A stretch of DNA of 64,000 nt, taken from an uncultured Maricaulis sp. GTDB lineage: Bacteria; Pseudomonadota; Alphaproteobacteria; Caulobacterales; Maricaulaceae. The DNA lies in contig OZ245800.1 in NCBI GenBank assembly GCA_965228215.1, positions 1,599,939 through 1,663,938 of the forward strand, written 5' to 3'. Each line of letters opens with the position of its first letter. Positions within the stretch are counted from its first letter, which is position 1. The notes beneath the pieces are model-generated. The model was not told where the DNA came from and ran no database searches. It worked only from the letters and a program-made list of their open reading frames with translations. Positions 28,971-38,636 of the stretch are shown piece after piece. Position numbers and translations under genes: made by a program.

Positions 28971-31900
28971 ATGTCATTGACGAAAAAGTTCGCATACGGC
29001 GCTGCGACAATCGCGCTGCTCGCTGCAGCACCGGCTGCGGTCTACGCTCAGGAAACCACTTCGGACATTCGTGGCTCTGTCACGGCCAATGGTGCACCGG
29101 TCTCGGGTGCCACGGTCATGATCATGCACGTGCCGACGGGTTCCCTGTCCACGGTGACGACGGGTGCCAACGGCGCCTTCAACGGCCGCGACCTTCGTGT
29201 CGGCGGTCCTTACACGGTCACCATCACCGCTTCCGGCTACCAGGCCCAGCGCATTGAGGACATCTTCCTGTCCCTCGGTGCTCCGCTGAACCTTCCGGTC
29301 GAGCTCTCTGCCGGCAATGTTGACCAGATCGTGGTCACGGCCAGCGCAAGCTCCTTCGCCGATCTGGCGACCGGCCCGGCTGCTCGCTTCACCGCTGACG
29401 ACATCGATGGCCTGCCGTCGATCTCTCGCGACCCGCGCGACATCGCTCGCCTGAGCCCGTTCGCCAATCTGGACCCGGAAAACTCCGACGCCATCTCGCT
29501 GGCCGGCTCCAACAACCGCTACAACTCCTTCACGGTTGACGGTGTTGCCCAGAACGACCTGTTCGGCCTGAACTCGTCCGGTTTCCCGGCCGAGAACCGC
29601 GGCCCGGTCTCGATCGATGCCCTGGAAGCCATCTCCGTTGAAGTCGCTCCGTTCGACGTTCAGTACGGCGGCTTCTCCGGTGGTACCATCAACGCTGTCA
29701 CGCGTTCCGGTTCCAACGAGTTCCACGGCTCGCTCTACTACTTCCGCACGGATGAAAGCCTGATCGGCGACGAAACCGACGGTGTCACGCTCGGCACGTC
29801 CGACTTCTCCGAAGTCACGCGCGGTGGCTGGCTGTCCGGCCCGATCGTCGAAGACAAGCTGTTCTTCTTCGTGTCCTACGAGGAATTCACCCGCACCGAG
29901 CCGCTCGGCGAAGCTCCGCTGGGTGGTCCGCCGTCCCTGTTCACCGAGAACAGCGTCACGCAGGCTGAAGTCGACCAGATCCTCTCGATCATGCAGAGCG
30001 TCTACGGCCTCGACCTGACCAATTTCGACGAAGCCAACCTGGACACGGAAGACGAGAAGCTTCTCATCTCCCTGGACTGGAACGTGAACGAAGATCACCG
30101 CATCAAGTTCACCTACAACACGTCCGAAGGCACCTCCGTCCAGGAACGTTCCGACCGTGCCGACATCGGTACGCCGTCGACCTGGTACAACCGTTCCGAG
30201 GAACTGGAATCCTTCGTTCTCCAGGGCTTCTCTGACTGGAGCGACAACTTCTCCACGGAAGTGAAGATCTCCTACTCCACGCAGGACACGGGTCAGAATT
30301 CCGTTGACGGTGCAGACTTCGCCCAGTTCGACATCGACACGCCGACTGGCGGTACGGTGTCGGTTGGTCCGGACTTCTTCCGTCACGCCAACGCCCTGTC
30401 CAACGAGCTGTGGCAGTTCAAGCTGCGCGGCGAATACATCGTCGGCGATCACGTGATCTCCGGTGGTTTCGAGCGCCAGTCGCAGGAAATCTTCAACCTG
30501 TTCGTTCCGGGTTCTGAAGGCTCCTATGACTTCGACTCGATCACGGACCTGCAGAACCGCGTCGCGTCCAGCCTGTTCTACAACAACGCTGTGACGAACA
30601 ATGAAAACGACGGTGCCGCTGCCTGGGACTACGCGATCAACACGTTCTACATCCAGGACGAGTTCGCGGTTAACGACCAGCTGACGGTCATCGCCGGTCT
30701 GCGCTACGACTCCTACGAAGCTGCAAACACCATCACGCCGAACGCGAACTTCCAGGCTCGCTACGGCTTCTCGAACACGACCACGCTCGACGGCCTCAGC
30801 ATCCTGATGCCGCGTGTCGCGTTCAACTACGAGTCCGACATCACCTTCGGTTCCGACTTTGCTGACTTCGCCGTCAACGACGTTGTCTTCCGCGGTGGTC
30901 TTGGCCGTTTCGCCGGCGGCAACCCGTCGGTCTGGGTGTCCAACGGCTACTCGAACGATGGTGTGACGATCGACTCCGTCTTCATCGGCGGCCCGATCAC
31001 CAATGTCGACGCCACCAACCTGCCGGCAGCCGCAACGTCGGCTCTGACGGCTGGCGACGGCTCCGTGAACGCCCTGCGTCCGGACTTCGAGATCCCGTCT
31101 GTCTGGCGTGCATCGCTGGGTGCCGACGTGAACTTCGACATCTTCGGTTCCGAAGACTGGAACTTCACGTTCGACGCTCTGTGGGACACGCAGGACGGTG
31201 CTCCGTTCTGGTATGAGGCCAACTGCCCGGCTGCCAGCCAGGCTCACGACGGTCGTCCGATCTACAACTGCTCCACGGCTCGCCAGGACATCATCCTCGG
31301 CAACACCGACAAGGGCCGTTCGCTGATCCTCTCCTTCGAACTCGAGAAGGAATGGGACAATGGCTTCGGTTTCTGGACCAGCTATACGAATCAGGACATC
31401 ACCGACGCCCACTCCGGTACGTCTTCGACGGCAACGTCGAACTACTCGGACTACGCGTCGTTTGACCGTCAGAACCCGTACTCCTCGACGTCCAACTACG
31501 AGATCGAACACGACTGGAAGGTTCGCGCTTCCTGGCGTCACGCGTTCTTCGAGGACTACGAGACCCGTGTTGAAGTCTTCATGAACCGCCGTTCCGGCCG
31601 TCACTTCAGCTACACGTACGGTTACTCGAACGGTCTGGGCAACCAGTACCGCAACATCTCGCCGTTCGGCATCAACGAGAGCGCTGCCGACGACGAAGGT
31701 ACGCTGTTCTACGTGCCGATGGCTGATGGTTCGGGCAATGTGACCCTGACGTCTGACCCGAACGTGACCTACACGGCCGGTTTCGACATCACGTCGTTCA
31801 ACAACTATCTCCAGACGACGGGCCTGATCGGTTATGCCGGCCAGATCGCTCCGCGTAACGAGTTCGAGAGCCCCTGGTCGACGATCTTCGACGTTCGTCT

Positions 31901-32171
31901 GCAGCAGGAGTTCCCGGCCTTCTTCCCGCAGAGCGCCCGTGGCATCTTCTACCTGGACATCGAGAACTTCGGTAACCTGATCAATTCCGATTGGGGCCGT
32001 TACGAGCAGGTTCGCTACGAGTACTTCCAGCCGGTCGTGGAACTCTACGACATCAATGGCGCTGGCCAGTACGTCTACGACGACGCTCGCGGTGTGCCGC
32101 ACTCCAACGAGAACCGCATCTCGCGTTCCTCGCTGTGGCAGATCCAGTTCGGTGTCCGCTACCAGTTCTAA
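28971..32171 (+). CDS. TonB-dependent receptor, Oar-like, with N-terminal carboxypeptidase-regulatory-like domain
   Basis: Signal peptide ending AYA/VYA; LRVGGPYTVT; AGSNNRYNSFTVDG; GGFSGGTINAVTRSG plug; C-terminal GVRYQF. Strong high-expression codon bias. Confidence 0.9.
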   Translation: MSLTKKFAYGAATIALLAAAPAAVYAQETTSDIRGSVTANGAPVSGATVMIMHVPTGSLSTVTTGANGAFNGRDLRVGGPYTVTITASGYQAQRIEDIFLSLGAPLNLPVELSAGNVDQIVVTASASSFADLATGPAARFTADDIDGLPSISRDPRDIARLSPFANLDPENSDAISLAGSNNRYNSFTVDGVAQNDLFGLNSSGFPAENRGPVSIDALEAISVEVAPFDVQYGGFSGGTINAVTRSGSNEFHGSLYYFRTDESLIGDETDGVTLGTSDFSEVTRGGWLSGPIVEDKLFFFVSYEEFTRTEPLGEAPLGGPPSLFTENSVTQAEVDQILSIMQSVYGLDLTNFDEANLDTEDEKLLISLDWNVNEDHRIKFTYNTSEGTSVQERSDRADIGTPSTWYNRSEELESFVLQGFSDWSDNFSTEVKISYSTQDTGQNSVDGADFAQFDIDTPTGGTVSVGPDFFRHANALSNELWQFKLRGEYIVGDHVISGGFERQSQEIFNLFVPGSEGSYDFDSITDLQNRVASSLFYNNAVTNNENDGAAAWDYAINTFYIQDEFAVNDQLTVIAGLRYDSYEAANTITPNANFQARYGFSNTTTLDGLSILMPRVAFNYESDITFGSDFADFAVNDVVFRGGLGRFAGGNPSVWVSNGYSNDGVTIDSVFIGGPITNVDATNLPAAATSALTAGDGSVNALRPDFEIPSVWRASLGADVNFDIFGSEDWNFTFDALWDTQDGAPFWYEANCPAASQAHDGRPIYNCSTARQDIILGNTDKGRSLILSFELEKEWDNGFGFWTSYTNQDITDAHSGTSSTATSNYSDYASFDRQNPYSSTSNYEIEHDWKVRASWRHAFFEDYETRVEVFMNRRSGRHFSYTYGYSNGLGNQYRNISPFGINESAADDEGTLFYVPMADGSGNVTLTSDPNVTYTAGFDITSFNNYLQTTGLIGYAGQIAPRNEFESPWSTIFDVRLQQEFPAFFPQSARGIFYLDIENFGNLINSDWGRYEQVRYEYFQPVVELYDINGAGQYVYDDARGVPHSNENRISRSSLWQIQFGVRYQF

Positions 32172-32196
32172 TCTGGTTGCAACATCGCAATTCCTG

Positions 32197-32229
32197 GAAG
32201 GGCGGCCCTCGGGCCGCCCTTCTTCTTTT
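32197..32229 (+). terminator. intrinsic terminator after the TBDR
   Basis: GAAGGGCGGCCC-tc-GGGCCGCCCTTC followed by TTCTTTT. Confidence 0.85.
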
Positions 32230-32256
32230 GAGAGACCCGTGCTAGAGGCGCGCGCC

Positions 32257-33267
32257 ATGAAACCCGTCCATCTGCCCCATGAATCCAGCCCACCGGCGCA
32301 GGTCTTCACCTGCTGGCCGGCGGCCGTGGATCTGTGGCAAGACGACTTGCATCCCGCCCAGGCGGAATTCGGCGCCTTCCTCTCGGCGATGATTTCGGGT
32401 GGCTCGGCGCGCCTGCCGCTCACCATCCTGGCCGCCACGGCACAGGCCGAGGCATCGGCCCGTCAGGCTCTGGGTTCGCGTGCGGACGTTGTGCGGTCGC
32501 CCTATGGCGATGTCTGGACGCGGGATACCGGACCGGTCTTCCTGCGGGAAAACGGCAAGCTGATCGCACTGCGCTTCCGTTTCAACGGCTGGGGCGGCAA
32601 GTTCGACTTCCCGGATGATCGCGGGGTGAGCACCCGTATTGCGGAACTCGCCGGTGCCGAAATGCGTGATGTGGATCTGGTGGCCGAGGGCGGCGCGCTG
32701 GAGTTCGACGGTGACGGCACGCTGATCACCACCCGGCAATGCCTGCTCAATGCCAATCGCAATCCCGGGCTCAGCGAGGCCCAGGTCGAGGCCCGGCTGA
32801 AAGCAGCGCTGGGGGTCCAGAAAATCCTCTGGATCGATGAGGGCCTGGCCGGGGATCACACCGACGGCCATATCGACAATATCGTGCGCTTCGCGCGTCC
32901 CGGCGTGGTGGTCTGCCAGATGCCGTTCGGCGAAGACGATCCGCAGGCCCGCATCCTCACAGGGATTTCGCGCCAGCTCTCGCGCATGACCGATGCCCGC
33001 GGGCGCCGGCTCCAGGTCCGCCATATCCCGTCACCCGGCCGGGTCGAGACGGAGGAGGGCGGGATCATGCCGGCCAGCTACATGAACTGGGTGACCGGTC
33101 CGAACAACCTGGTCGTGCCCGTCTACGGCCGGCCGGGCGAGAGCGCGGCCTTGCGGGGTCTCCAGGCGGCTTTTCCGGATCACCGGATTGTCGGACGCGC
33201 ATCAGGCGCTATTCTGACCGGGGGTGGGGCGTTTCATTGCGTGACCTGTCACGTGCCCGGAGATTGA
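32257..33267 (+). CDS. aguA: agmatine deiminase (porphyromonas-type PAD family)
   Basis: VWTRDTGP; FRFNGWGGK; EGGALEFDGDG; DHTDGHIDNIVRF; ASYMN; catalytic Cys in GGGAFHCVT. Start at ATG 32257. Confidence 0.9.
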   Translation: MKPVHLPHESSPPAQVFTCWPAAVDLWQDDLHPAQAEFGAFLSAMISGGSARLPLTILAATAQAEASARQALGSRADVVRSPYGDVWTRDTGPVFLRENGKLIALRFRFNGWGGKFDFPDDRGVSTRIAELAGAEMRDVDLVAEGGALEFDGDGTLITTRQCLLNANRNPGLSEAQVEARLKAALGVQKILWIDEGLAGDHTDGHIDNIVRFARPGVVVCQMPFGEDDPQARILTGISRQLSRMTDARGRRLQVRHIPSPGRVETEEGGIMPASYMNWVTGPNNLVVPVYGRPGESAALRGLQAAFPDHRIVGRASGAILTGGGAFHCVTCHVPGD

Positions 33268-33269
33268 TC

Positions 33270-34436
33270 GTGCTGCGTAACCTGTTTGCTGCCGGCCTAG
33301 CCGCCGCGACCCAGACCGTTGTTTTCACACCCCTTGCCCAGGCCAATGATGCGCCGGCCATTCCCGACTATGTCGAGGATGTGCGCGCGCAGTTCGACCG
33401 CGCGGTCCAGGACCGGCGGATCGTCGGTCTGGCTGCCGCCGTCATCGAGAACGGCGAACCGGTTCTCGTCTACACCCACGGCCGGACCGCCGCCGGCCAG
33501 GGCGATGAGGTCACGCCGAGCACGCTGTTCCGCGCGGCGTCCGTGTCCAAGACCTTCACCGGCACCCTGCTCGCGATGCTTGAAGCCGAGGGCATGCTGG
33601 ATCTTGATGCCGACATGCCGTCCCAGGTGCTGACCCTGGATGCGTCGCGACAGCCCACCATCCTGGAAGTTGCCAGTCACCAGACGGGGCTTCCGCCCAA
33701 TGCCTATGATCTCGACCTCGAGGCTGGCCAGCGCCCGGAACGGATCCGCGAACGCCTCGCCTCGGTCGACCTGATCTGCCCGATCGGGGATTGCTACACC
33801 TATCAGAATGTCGCCTTCGCCGCGGTCGAGGATCTCGTCGAGCGTGCGACCGGCGAGGATTTCGAGGCAGTGGTCGAGGCGCGCCTGTTCGATGCGCTCG
33901 GTCTCGACACGGCGTCGATGGGTACGGACGCGCTGACCTCCGAGGACTCCTGGGCCCGGCCGCATCGCGGCTGGCGCCGCGTAGCCAATCGTCCGGGCGA
34001 TCCGGAGACCAATTATGACCGGCTGCCGTCTGCCTCGGGCGTCAATCTCTCGCTGGAGGACCTGATCGCCTGGGCGCAGGTCCAGCTCGGCAGCCGTCCC
34101 GGATTGCCGGAGGACGTTCGCGACCGGGCGCACAGCCGCCTGGTGGAAACCGTGCGCGAGACGCGCCGGCTGGGCGATCTGCGCAGCCGGGTCGATGCCA
34201 CCTGGTATGGACTTGGCTGGCGCATCTATGACTGGGGCGATCGCACCCTGGTGATGCATTCCGGCTATCTCTCGGGATATGGCGCTCAGATCGTGCTGGA
34301 ACCGGAAACCGGATTCGGCTTTGTCGCCCTCTGGAATTCGGATAATCGACCGGCCTGGTGGTTGTGGCCCACCGTCATGGACCTGCGCACCGGCGGCAGT
34401 CCGGGCGGCTGGCTGGACCGGTTCGACGAGGACTGA
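33270..34436 (+). CDS. secreted serine hydrolase, beta-lactamase class C-like
   Basis: SxxK (ASVSKT), YxN (YQN) and HSG motifs; YGLGW; N-terminal signal peptide. GTG start inferred at 33270. Confidence 0.85.
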   Translation: MLRNLFAAGLAAATQTVVFTPLAQANDAPAIPDYVEDVRAQFDRAVQDRRIVGLAAAVIENGEPVLVYTHGRTAAGQGDEVTPSTLFRAASVSKTFTGTLLAMLEAEGMLDLDADMPSQVLTLDASRQPTILEVASHQTGLPPNAYDLDLEAGQRPERIRERLASVDLICPIGDCYTYQNVAFAAVEDLVERATGEDFEAVVEARLFDALGLDTASMGTDALTSEDSWARPHRGWRRVANRPGDPETNYDRLPSASGVNLSLEDLIAWAQVQLGSRPGLPEDVRDRAHSRLVETVRETRRLGDLRSRVDATWYGLGWRIYDWGDRTLVMHSGYLSGYGAQIVLEPETGFGFVALWNSDNRPAWWLWPTVMDLRTGGSPGGWLDRFDED

Positions 34437-34441
34437 GCGAA

Positions 34442-35293
34442 ATGAGCAAACTCCGTGTGGCAGGGCTGCAGGCCGCGTTCAGCGATGATATCGACGCCAA
34501 TATCGCCAAGGTTGGCGATATGATCCGTCGCGCAGCCGGTGAGGGTGCACAGGTCGTGCTGCCGCCGGAACTCTTCCAGGGCCATTATTTCTGCAAGACC
34601 CAGGACGAGGCGAATTTCGACCGGGCCTGGCCGGCGGAGACGCATCCGTGCGTCGTGGCCATGCGGGATCTCGCTGCCGAGCTCGGTGTGGTGATCCCGG
34701 TCTCGATCTTCGAGCGCGACGGGCCGGAATTCTACAATTCCCTGGTCATGATCGACGCCGATGGCAGCAATCTGGGCACCTATCGCAAGAGCCATATTCC
34801 CGACGGTCCGGGCTATATGGAGAAATTCTACTTCCGCCCGGGCAATACGGGTTTCCGCGTCTGGGAAACCCGCCATGGCCGTATCGGCGTGGGTATCTGC
34901 TGGGATCAGTGGTTTCCCGAAGCCGCACGCGCCATGACGCTGATGGGTGCCGAGATCCTGCTCTACCCGACCGCGATCGGATCGGAGCCCCACGATGCCA
35001 GCCTCAATACCGCCGAGACCTGGCAACGCGCCATGCAGGGCCATGCCGTCTCAAACGTGATCCCGGTTCTCGCCGCGAACCGGATCGGCGATGAGGATGG
35101 TCAGGTTTTCTATGGAAGCAGTTTTGTCGCCGACCATTCCGGGGGCCTGGTCTCGGAACTGGGCCGGGATGAAGAGGGTATAGTGACGGCGGAGTTCGAC
35201 CGGGAATTCCTGCAGCGCCACAGGGCGGCCTGGGGATTCTTCCGGGACCGGCGCCCGGATCTCTATGCGCGCTATTTCAGCCCGCCCGCCTGA
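34442..35293 (+). CDS. aguB: N-carbamoylputrescine amidase
   Basis: Nitrilase triad PELF / YRKSHIPDGPGYMEKFYF / ICWDQWFPE; YPTAIGSEP; FFRDRRPDLY. Confidence 0.93.
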   Translation: MSKLRVAGLQAAFSDDIDANIAKVGDMIRRAAGEGAQVVLPPELFQGHYFCKTQDEANFDRAWPAETHPCVVAMRDLAAELGVVIPVSIFERDGPEFYNSLVMIDADGSNLGTYRKSHIPDGPGYMEKFYFRPGNTGFRVWETRHGRIGVGICWDQWFPEAARAMTLMGAEILLYPTAIGSEPHDASLNTAETWQRAMQGHAVSNVIPVLAANRIGDEDGQVFYGSSFVADHSGGLVSELGRDEEGIVTAEFDREFLQRHRAAWGFFRDRRPDLYARYFSPPA

Positions 35294-35478
35294 GGCGTCG
35301 CCGTCGATCGCCGGCGGGCCGGGATCATGATCGCAATCATCGTCGCAATGGAGAGTGCCGGCCATCCGAAGGCAATCGCCTGATCGGCATGTCCGAGCGA
35401 AAAACTGTAAGCAGCCGCCGTGATTCCGGCGATGGCCACCGCAGCGGCCGCGATCATCAAGGCGAGACGAATAGCCAT
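35272..35478 (-). CDS. small two-TM membrane protein
   Basis: GGAGG SD upstream of ATG 35478; two hydrophobic stretches; 68 aa. Confidence 0.55.
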   Translation of the reverse strand: MAIRLALMIAAAAVAIAGITAAAYSFSLGHADQAIAFGWPALSIATMIAIMIPARRRSTATPQAGGLK

Positions 35479-35621
35479 GTATTCCTCCATCTCCCCCGCC
35501 GACAAGCATTGATCCCTCAGCCCCTCCATCATGACACAGAGGGATGAATGACTCCTTAGTCCCCCTTGGAAAAAGAACTTCAGAAAATAAAGTACTCTTG
35601 TTCAACGGACAGGAGGACAGG

Positions 35622-36164
35622 ATGTTCCGCAAGACTTCAACGACTGCAATGAGTGTCGCCGCGATGGTGCTGGCGATGGGTATGACCGGGCCGAGCCAGG
35701 CCGAGGACGAGGCGCTGCCGGGCGAGTTGCTGGCCTGGATGGATGGCGAATGGCAGGGCCAGGGCTGGGTCATCGACCGGACCGGCCAGCGCCACACATT
35801 CGATGTGTTCGAGACGGCCGAGATCCGGGCGGGCGGCCACGCCGTCGTCGTCGCCGGTGAGGGTTTCGCCCCGGCCGGTGCCGGGCGCGAGGGCCGCAAG
35901 GTGCATGATGCCGTAGGCTTCATCACCGCTGCCGGAAGCCCGGGCTACCAGATGCGCGCCATCACCTATCAGGGATACATGCAGGACGCCGACATTGTGC
36001 TGACCGAGACCGGGTTCGAATGGTCGATCGATCTCGGACAGGATGCCCGCGTTGTCTACACCACGACCTATGAGGATGGTGTCTGGTCGGAGACGGGTGC
36101 GTATTGCTCGCCACAGACCGGATGCATGGAGAATTTCTCGATGCGGCTGGAACGGGTCGACTAG
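35622..36164 (+). CDS. exported hypothetical protein (DUF1579-like beta protein)
   Basis: AGGAGG SD; signal peptide ending SQA; LAWMDGEWQGQG motif; beta-strand-rich. Confidence 0.65.
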   Translation: MFRKTSTTAMSVAAMVLAMGMTGPSQAEDEALPGELLAWMDGEWQGQGWVIDRTGQRHTFDVFETAEIRAGGHAVVVAGEGFAPAGAGREGRKVHDAVGFITAAGSPGYQMRAITYQGYMQDADIVLTETGFEWSIDLGQDARVVYTTTYEDGVWSETGAYCSPQTGCMENFSMRLERVD

Positions 36165-36185
36165 ACCCGTTCCGCCAGGCCCGGC

Positions 36186-36824
36186 CTAGCTGAGCAGGGC
36201 GCCCTTGATGCCGTCGAAGATGAACTGGGCAGCGAGGGCAGCAAGAATGACACCGAGGATGCGGGTGATCATGGCCGCCATCGAGTCGCCGATCAGCCGC
36301 ATCACCGGTCCGATCAGAAGAAAGACGACGAGGCAGATCAGCAGGTTCACACCGGCACCTGCCAGCACGGCCCCGCGGGCGATCCAGTCATCATTCTGGG
36401 ACATGAACAGCATGATCGTCGCGATGGAACCGGGACCGGCCAGCATCGGGATCGCCATCGGGAAGACGGAAATGTCCTCGGTGGTGCCCGGGACAGTGTC
36501 GTCCTCTTCGGAGATCTTCTCGGCGCGTTCCTCGCGGCGTTCCGTCCGCTTCTCGAAAATCATCTCGAGCGCCATCAGGAAGAGCAGCACGCCGCCGGCA
36601 GCCCGGAAGGCGTCCAGGCTGATATGCATGGCATCCAGCAGCCAGCGGCCGACCAGGGCAAAGCCCAGCAGCACGCCCGCAGCGATCACCACCGACTTGA
36701 TCGCCATGGCCCGGCGATGGGCTTTCGGCGATCCCTTGGTCAGGGCAGCAAAGATCGGCGCCACGCCCGGCGGGTCGATGGCCACAAAGAATGTCACGAA
36801 GGCAGTGGTGAATATTTCGAGCAT
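36186..36824 (-). CDS. MarC family integral membrane protein
   Basis: FFVAIDPPG; ISLDAFRAAGGVLLF; VFPMAIPMLAGPGSIAT; ITRILGVILAALA. Confidence 0.92.
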   Translation of the reverse strand: MLEIFTTAFVTFFVAIDPPGVAPIFAALTKGSPKAHRRAMAIKSVVIAAGVLLGFALVGRWLLDAMHISLDAFRAAGGVLLFLMALEMIFEKRTERREERAEKISEEDDTVPGTTEDISVFPMAIPMLAGPGSIATIMLFMSQNDDWIARGAVLAGAGVNLLICLVVFLLIGPVMRLIGDSMAAMITRILGVILAALAAQFIFDGIKGALLS

Positions 36825-37037
36825 GATTTTGTCCTCTAAGCCCCCCTTATCCTTCTAAATCGCGCCCGTCACGCGATTTCCTCCCGCTCCATGTCAGACC
36901 AGATTTGCGAAAACGCCGCGCCTCGCATCGCGCGAAATTCCCCTGACACGGGAATGAAAATGTTAGTACTATCGTGCTATCGCATTGAAACTTGGTGCTC
37001 TTGGACTGGATCCAGTCCAGCAGGGAAGGAGGGGACC

Positions 37038-38636
37038 ATGCCGGTCCGGACCCGTTTTCTGGCCATCGCGGCCGCCAGTCTTGTCCTGCTCGGATGCGGA
37101 AGCCCCGCCGAGGATGATTCCGTCCTCCACCGCGGCAACCGGACCGAACCCCTGAGCCTTGATCCGCATGTCGCGGTGATCATGGATATCCGCACCGTCA
37201 TCGCGGACATGTTTGTCGGCCTCTACCAGCCCGGCCCGGATGGCCGTCCGGTCAACGCCCTGGCAGATCGGGTCGAGATTTCCGATGACGGCCTGGTGTG
37301 GACCTTCCATCTGCGTGAGGCCCGCTGGTCCGACGGAACGCCGATCACGGCGCGCGATGTTGTCGGCGGTCTGCAGCGCGCGATGGATCCGCTGACGCGC
37401 AATCAATACCCGGTTCCGCTTTATATGATCGCCAACGCCCAGCAGGTCGCCGAAGGCAATCTGCCCGTGGGCGATCTTGGCGTGACGGCGGTGGACGAGC
37501 GCACGGTCGAGATCCGGCTGGAACACACGGCGCCCTATCTGCCGGGCGTCTTGATGTATTGGGGCCAGCCCGTGCCCGTGCATGCCATCGAGCAATTCGG
37601 CGATACCTGGATCCGCCCCGAGAACATCGTGACCAGCGGTGCCTTCCATCTCTCGGAATGGCGCACCGGTGACTATGTCCACCTGACGGCCAATCCGGAA
37701 TTCTTCGATGCGGACGAGATCTGCCTGACGGATGTCTATTACTACTCGACGACCGACACTTCCTCGGCCGAGCGCCAGGTGCGAAGCGGCGAGCTGGATC
37801 TGAATATCGAGTTCGCTGGCGCCAATCTGGAATTCCTGACCGCGCGCTATCCCGAGATGGTGCGGATCGGCTCGAGCGTCGACATGCGCAATATCACCTT
37901 CAACACGACCGCCGGTTCCTTCACCGACGCGCGCGTACGGCGCGCGCTGTCGATGGCGATCGACCGGGATTTCATCGCCCGCGACGTGCTGGGAGGTGCC
38001 GACTCGCCCGCGAATCGCCTGGTCGCCGAAGGCATTGCCGGCAGGCTCGATGGTGTCTCCCTGGATTTCGCGGACGAGGATCCGGAGGACCGGCGCGAGG
38101 CGGCCGCCGACTTGCTGGCCGTGGCGGGTTATGGCCCGGACAATCCGCTCGAATTCACCTTCCACTACGTGCCCTCGGCGGGCTGGCCCCGCGTGGCGCC
38201 GATCATCCAGCAGGACTGGCTGGACATCGCCCCCTGGGTCCGGGTCGAGCTGGAAATGCGCGAGACGCAATTGCACTATGACGCGATGCGGGTCGGTGAT
38301 TTTGTCGTGGCGTCATCCGGCTGGGTACCCGATTTCGACGATCCCTACGCCTATCTCCTCGTGTATGAGAGCCGCGCAGGCGAGATCAATTACAGCCGCT
38401 GGGTCGATGAGCGTTACGACGCGCTGGTGGCCGAGGCGATGGTCGAGCCGGACATGCAGCGGCGCAGCGAATTGCTGGCCGAGGCCGAGCAGATGGTGCT
38501 CGACGCCTCGCCGCTTGCGCCGGTCTTCTTCCAGAACACCAAGCAATTGATCGGACCGCGGGTCGAGGGCTGGGTGCCCAATCCCGCGGCCATCAATATC
38601 AGCCGCTGGCTGTGTGTGGTCGAGGACGCGGATTAA
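37038..38636 (+). CDS. family 5 (OppA-like) peptide ABC substrate-binding lipoprotein, orphan
   Basis: Lipobox LLGC; RGNRTEPLSLDPH; LREARWSDGTPITARD; SGAFHLSEW; DARVRRALSMAIDR; W.PDFDDP. Start at ATG 37038. Confidence 0.88.
   Translation: MPVRTRFLAIAAASLVLLGCGSPAEDDSVLHRGNRTEPLSLDPHVAVIMDIRTVIADMFVGLYQPGPDGRPVNALADRVEISDDGLVWTFHLREARWSDGTPITARDVVGGLQRAMDPLTRNQYPVPLYMIANAQQVAEGNLPVGDLGVTAVDERTVEIRLEHTAPYLPGVLMYWGQPVPVHAIEQFGDTWIRPENIVTSGAFHLSEWRTGDYVHLTANPEFFDADEICLTDVYYYSTTDTSSAERQVRSGELDLNIEFAGANLEFLTARYPEMVRIGSSVDMRNITFNTTAGSFTDARVRRALSMAIDRDFIARDVLGGADSPANRLVAEGIAGRLDGVSLDFADEDPEDRREAAADLLAVAGYGPDNPLEFTFHYVPSAGWPRVAPIIQQDWLDIAPWVRVELEMRETQLHYDAMRVGDFVVASSGWVPDFDDPYAYLLVYESRAGEINYSRWVDERYDALVAEAMVEPDMQRRSELLAEAEQMVLDASPLAPVFFQNTKQLIGPRVEGWVPNPAAINISRWLCVVEDAD

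Noticed and set aside
28974-32438. 1154-aa ORF antisense to the Oar-like TBDR
   Set aside because: It mirrors the sense gene codon for codon. The strong codon bias of the real gene removes antisense stops, and the product has no recognisable motifs.
21703-38636. Repeated 4-nt stop-codon overlaps of convergent genes (CTAG at 21703 and 27096, TTAA at 38633)
   Set aside because: A common compaction pattern in bacteria, with no evidence of special function.
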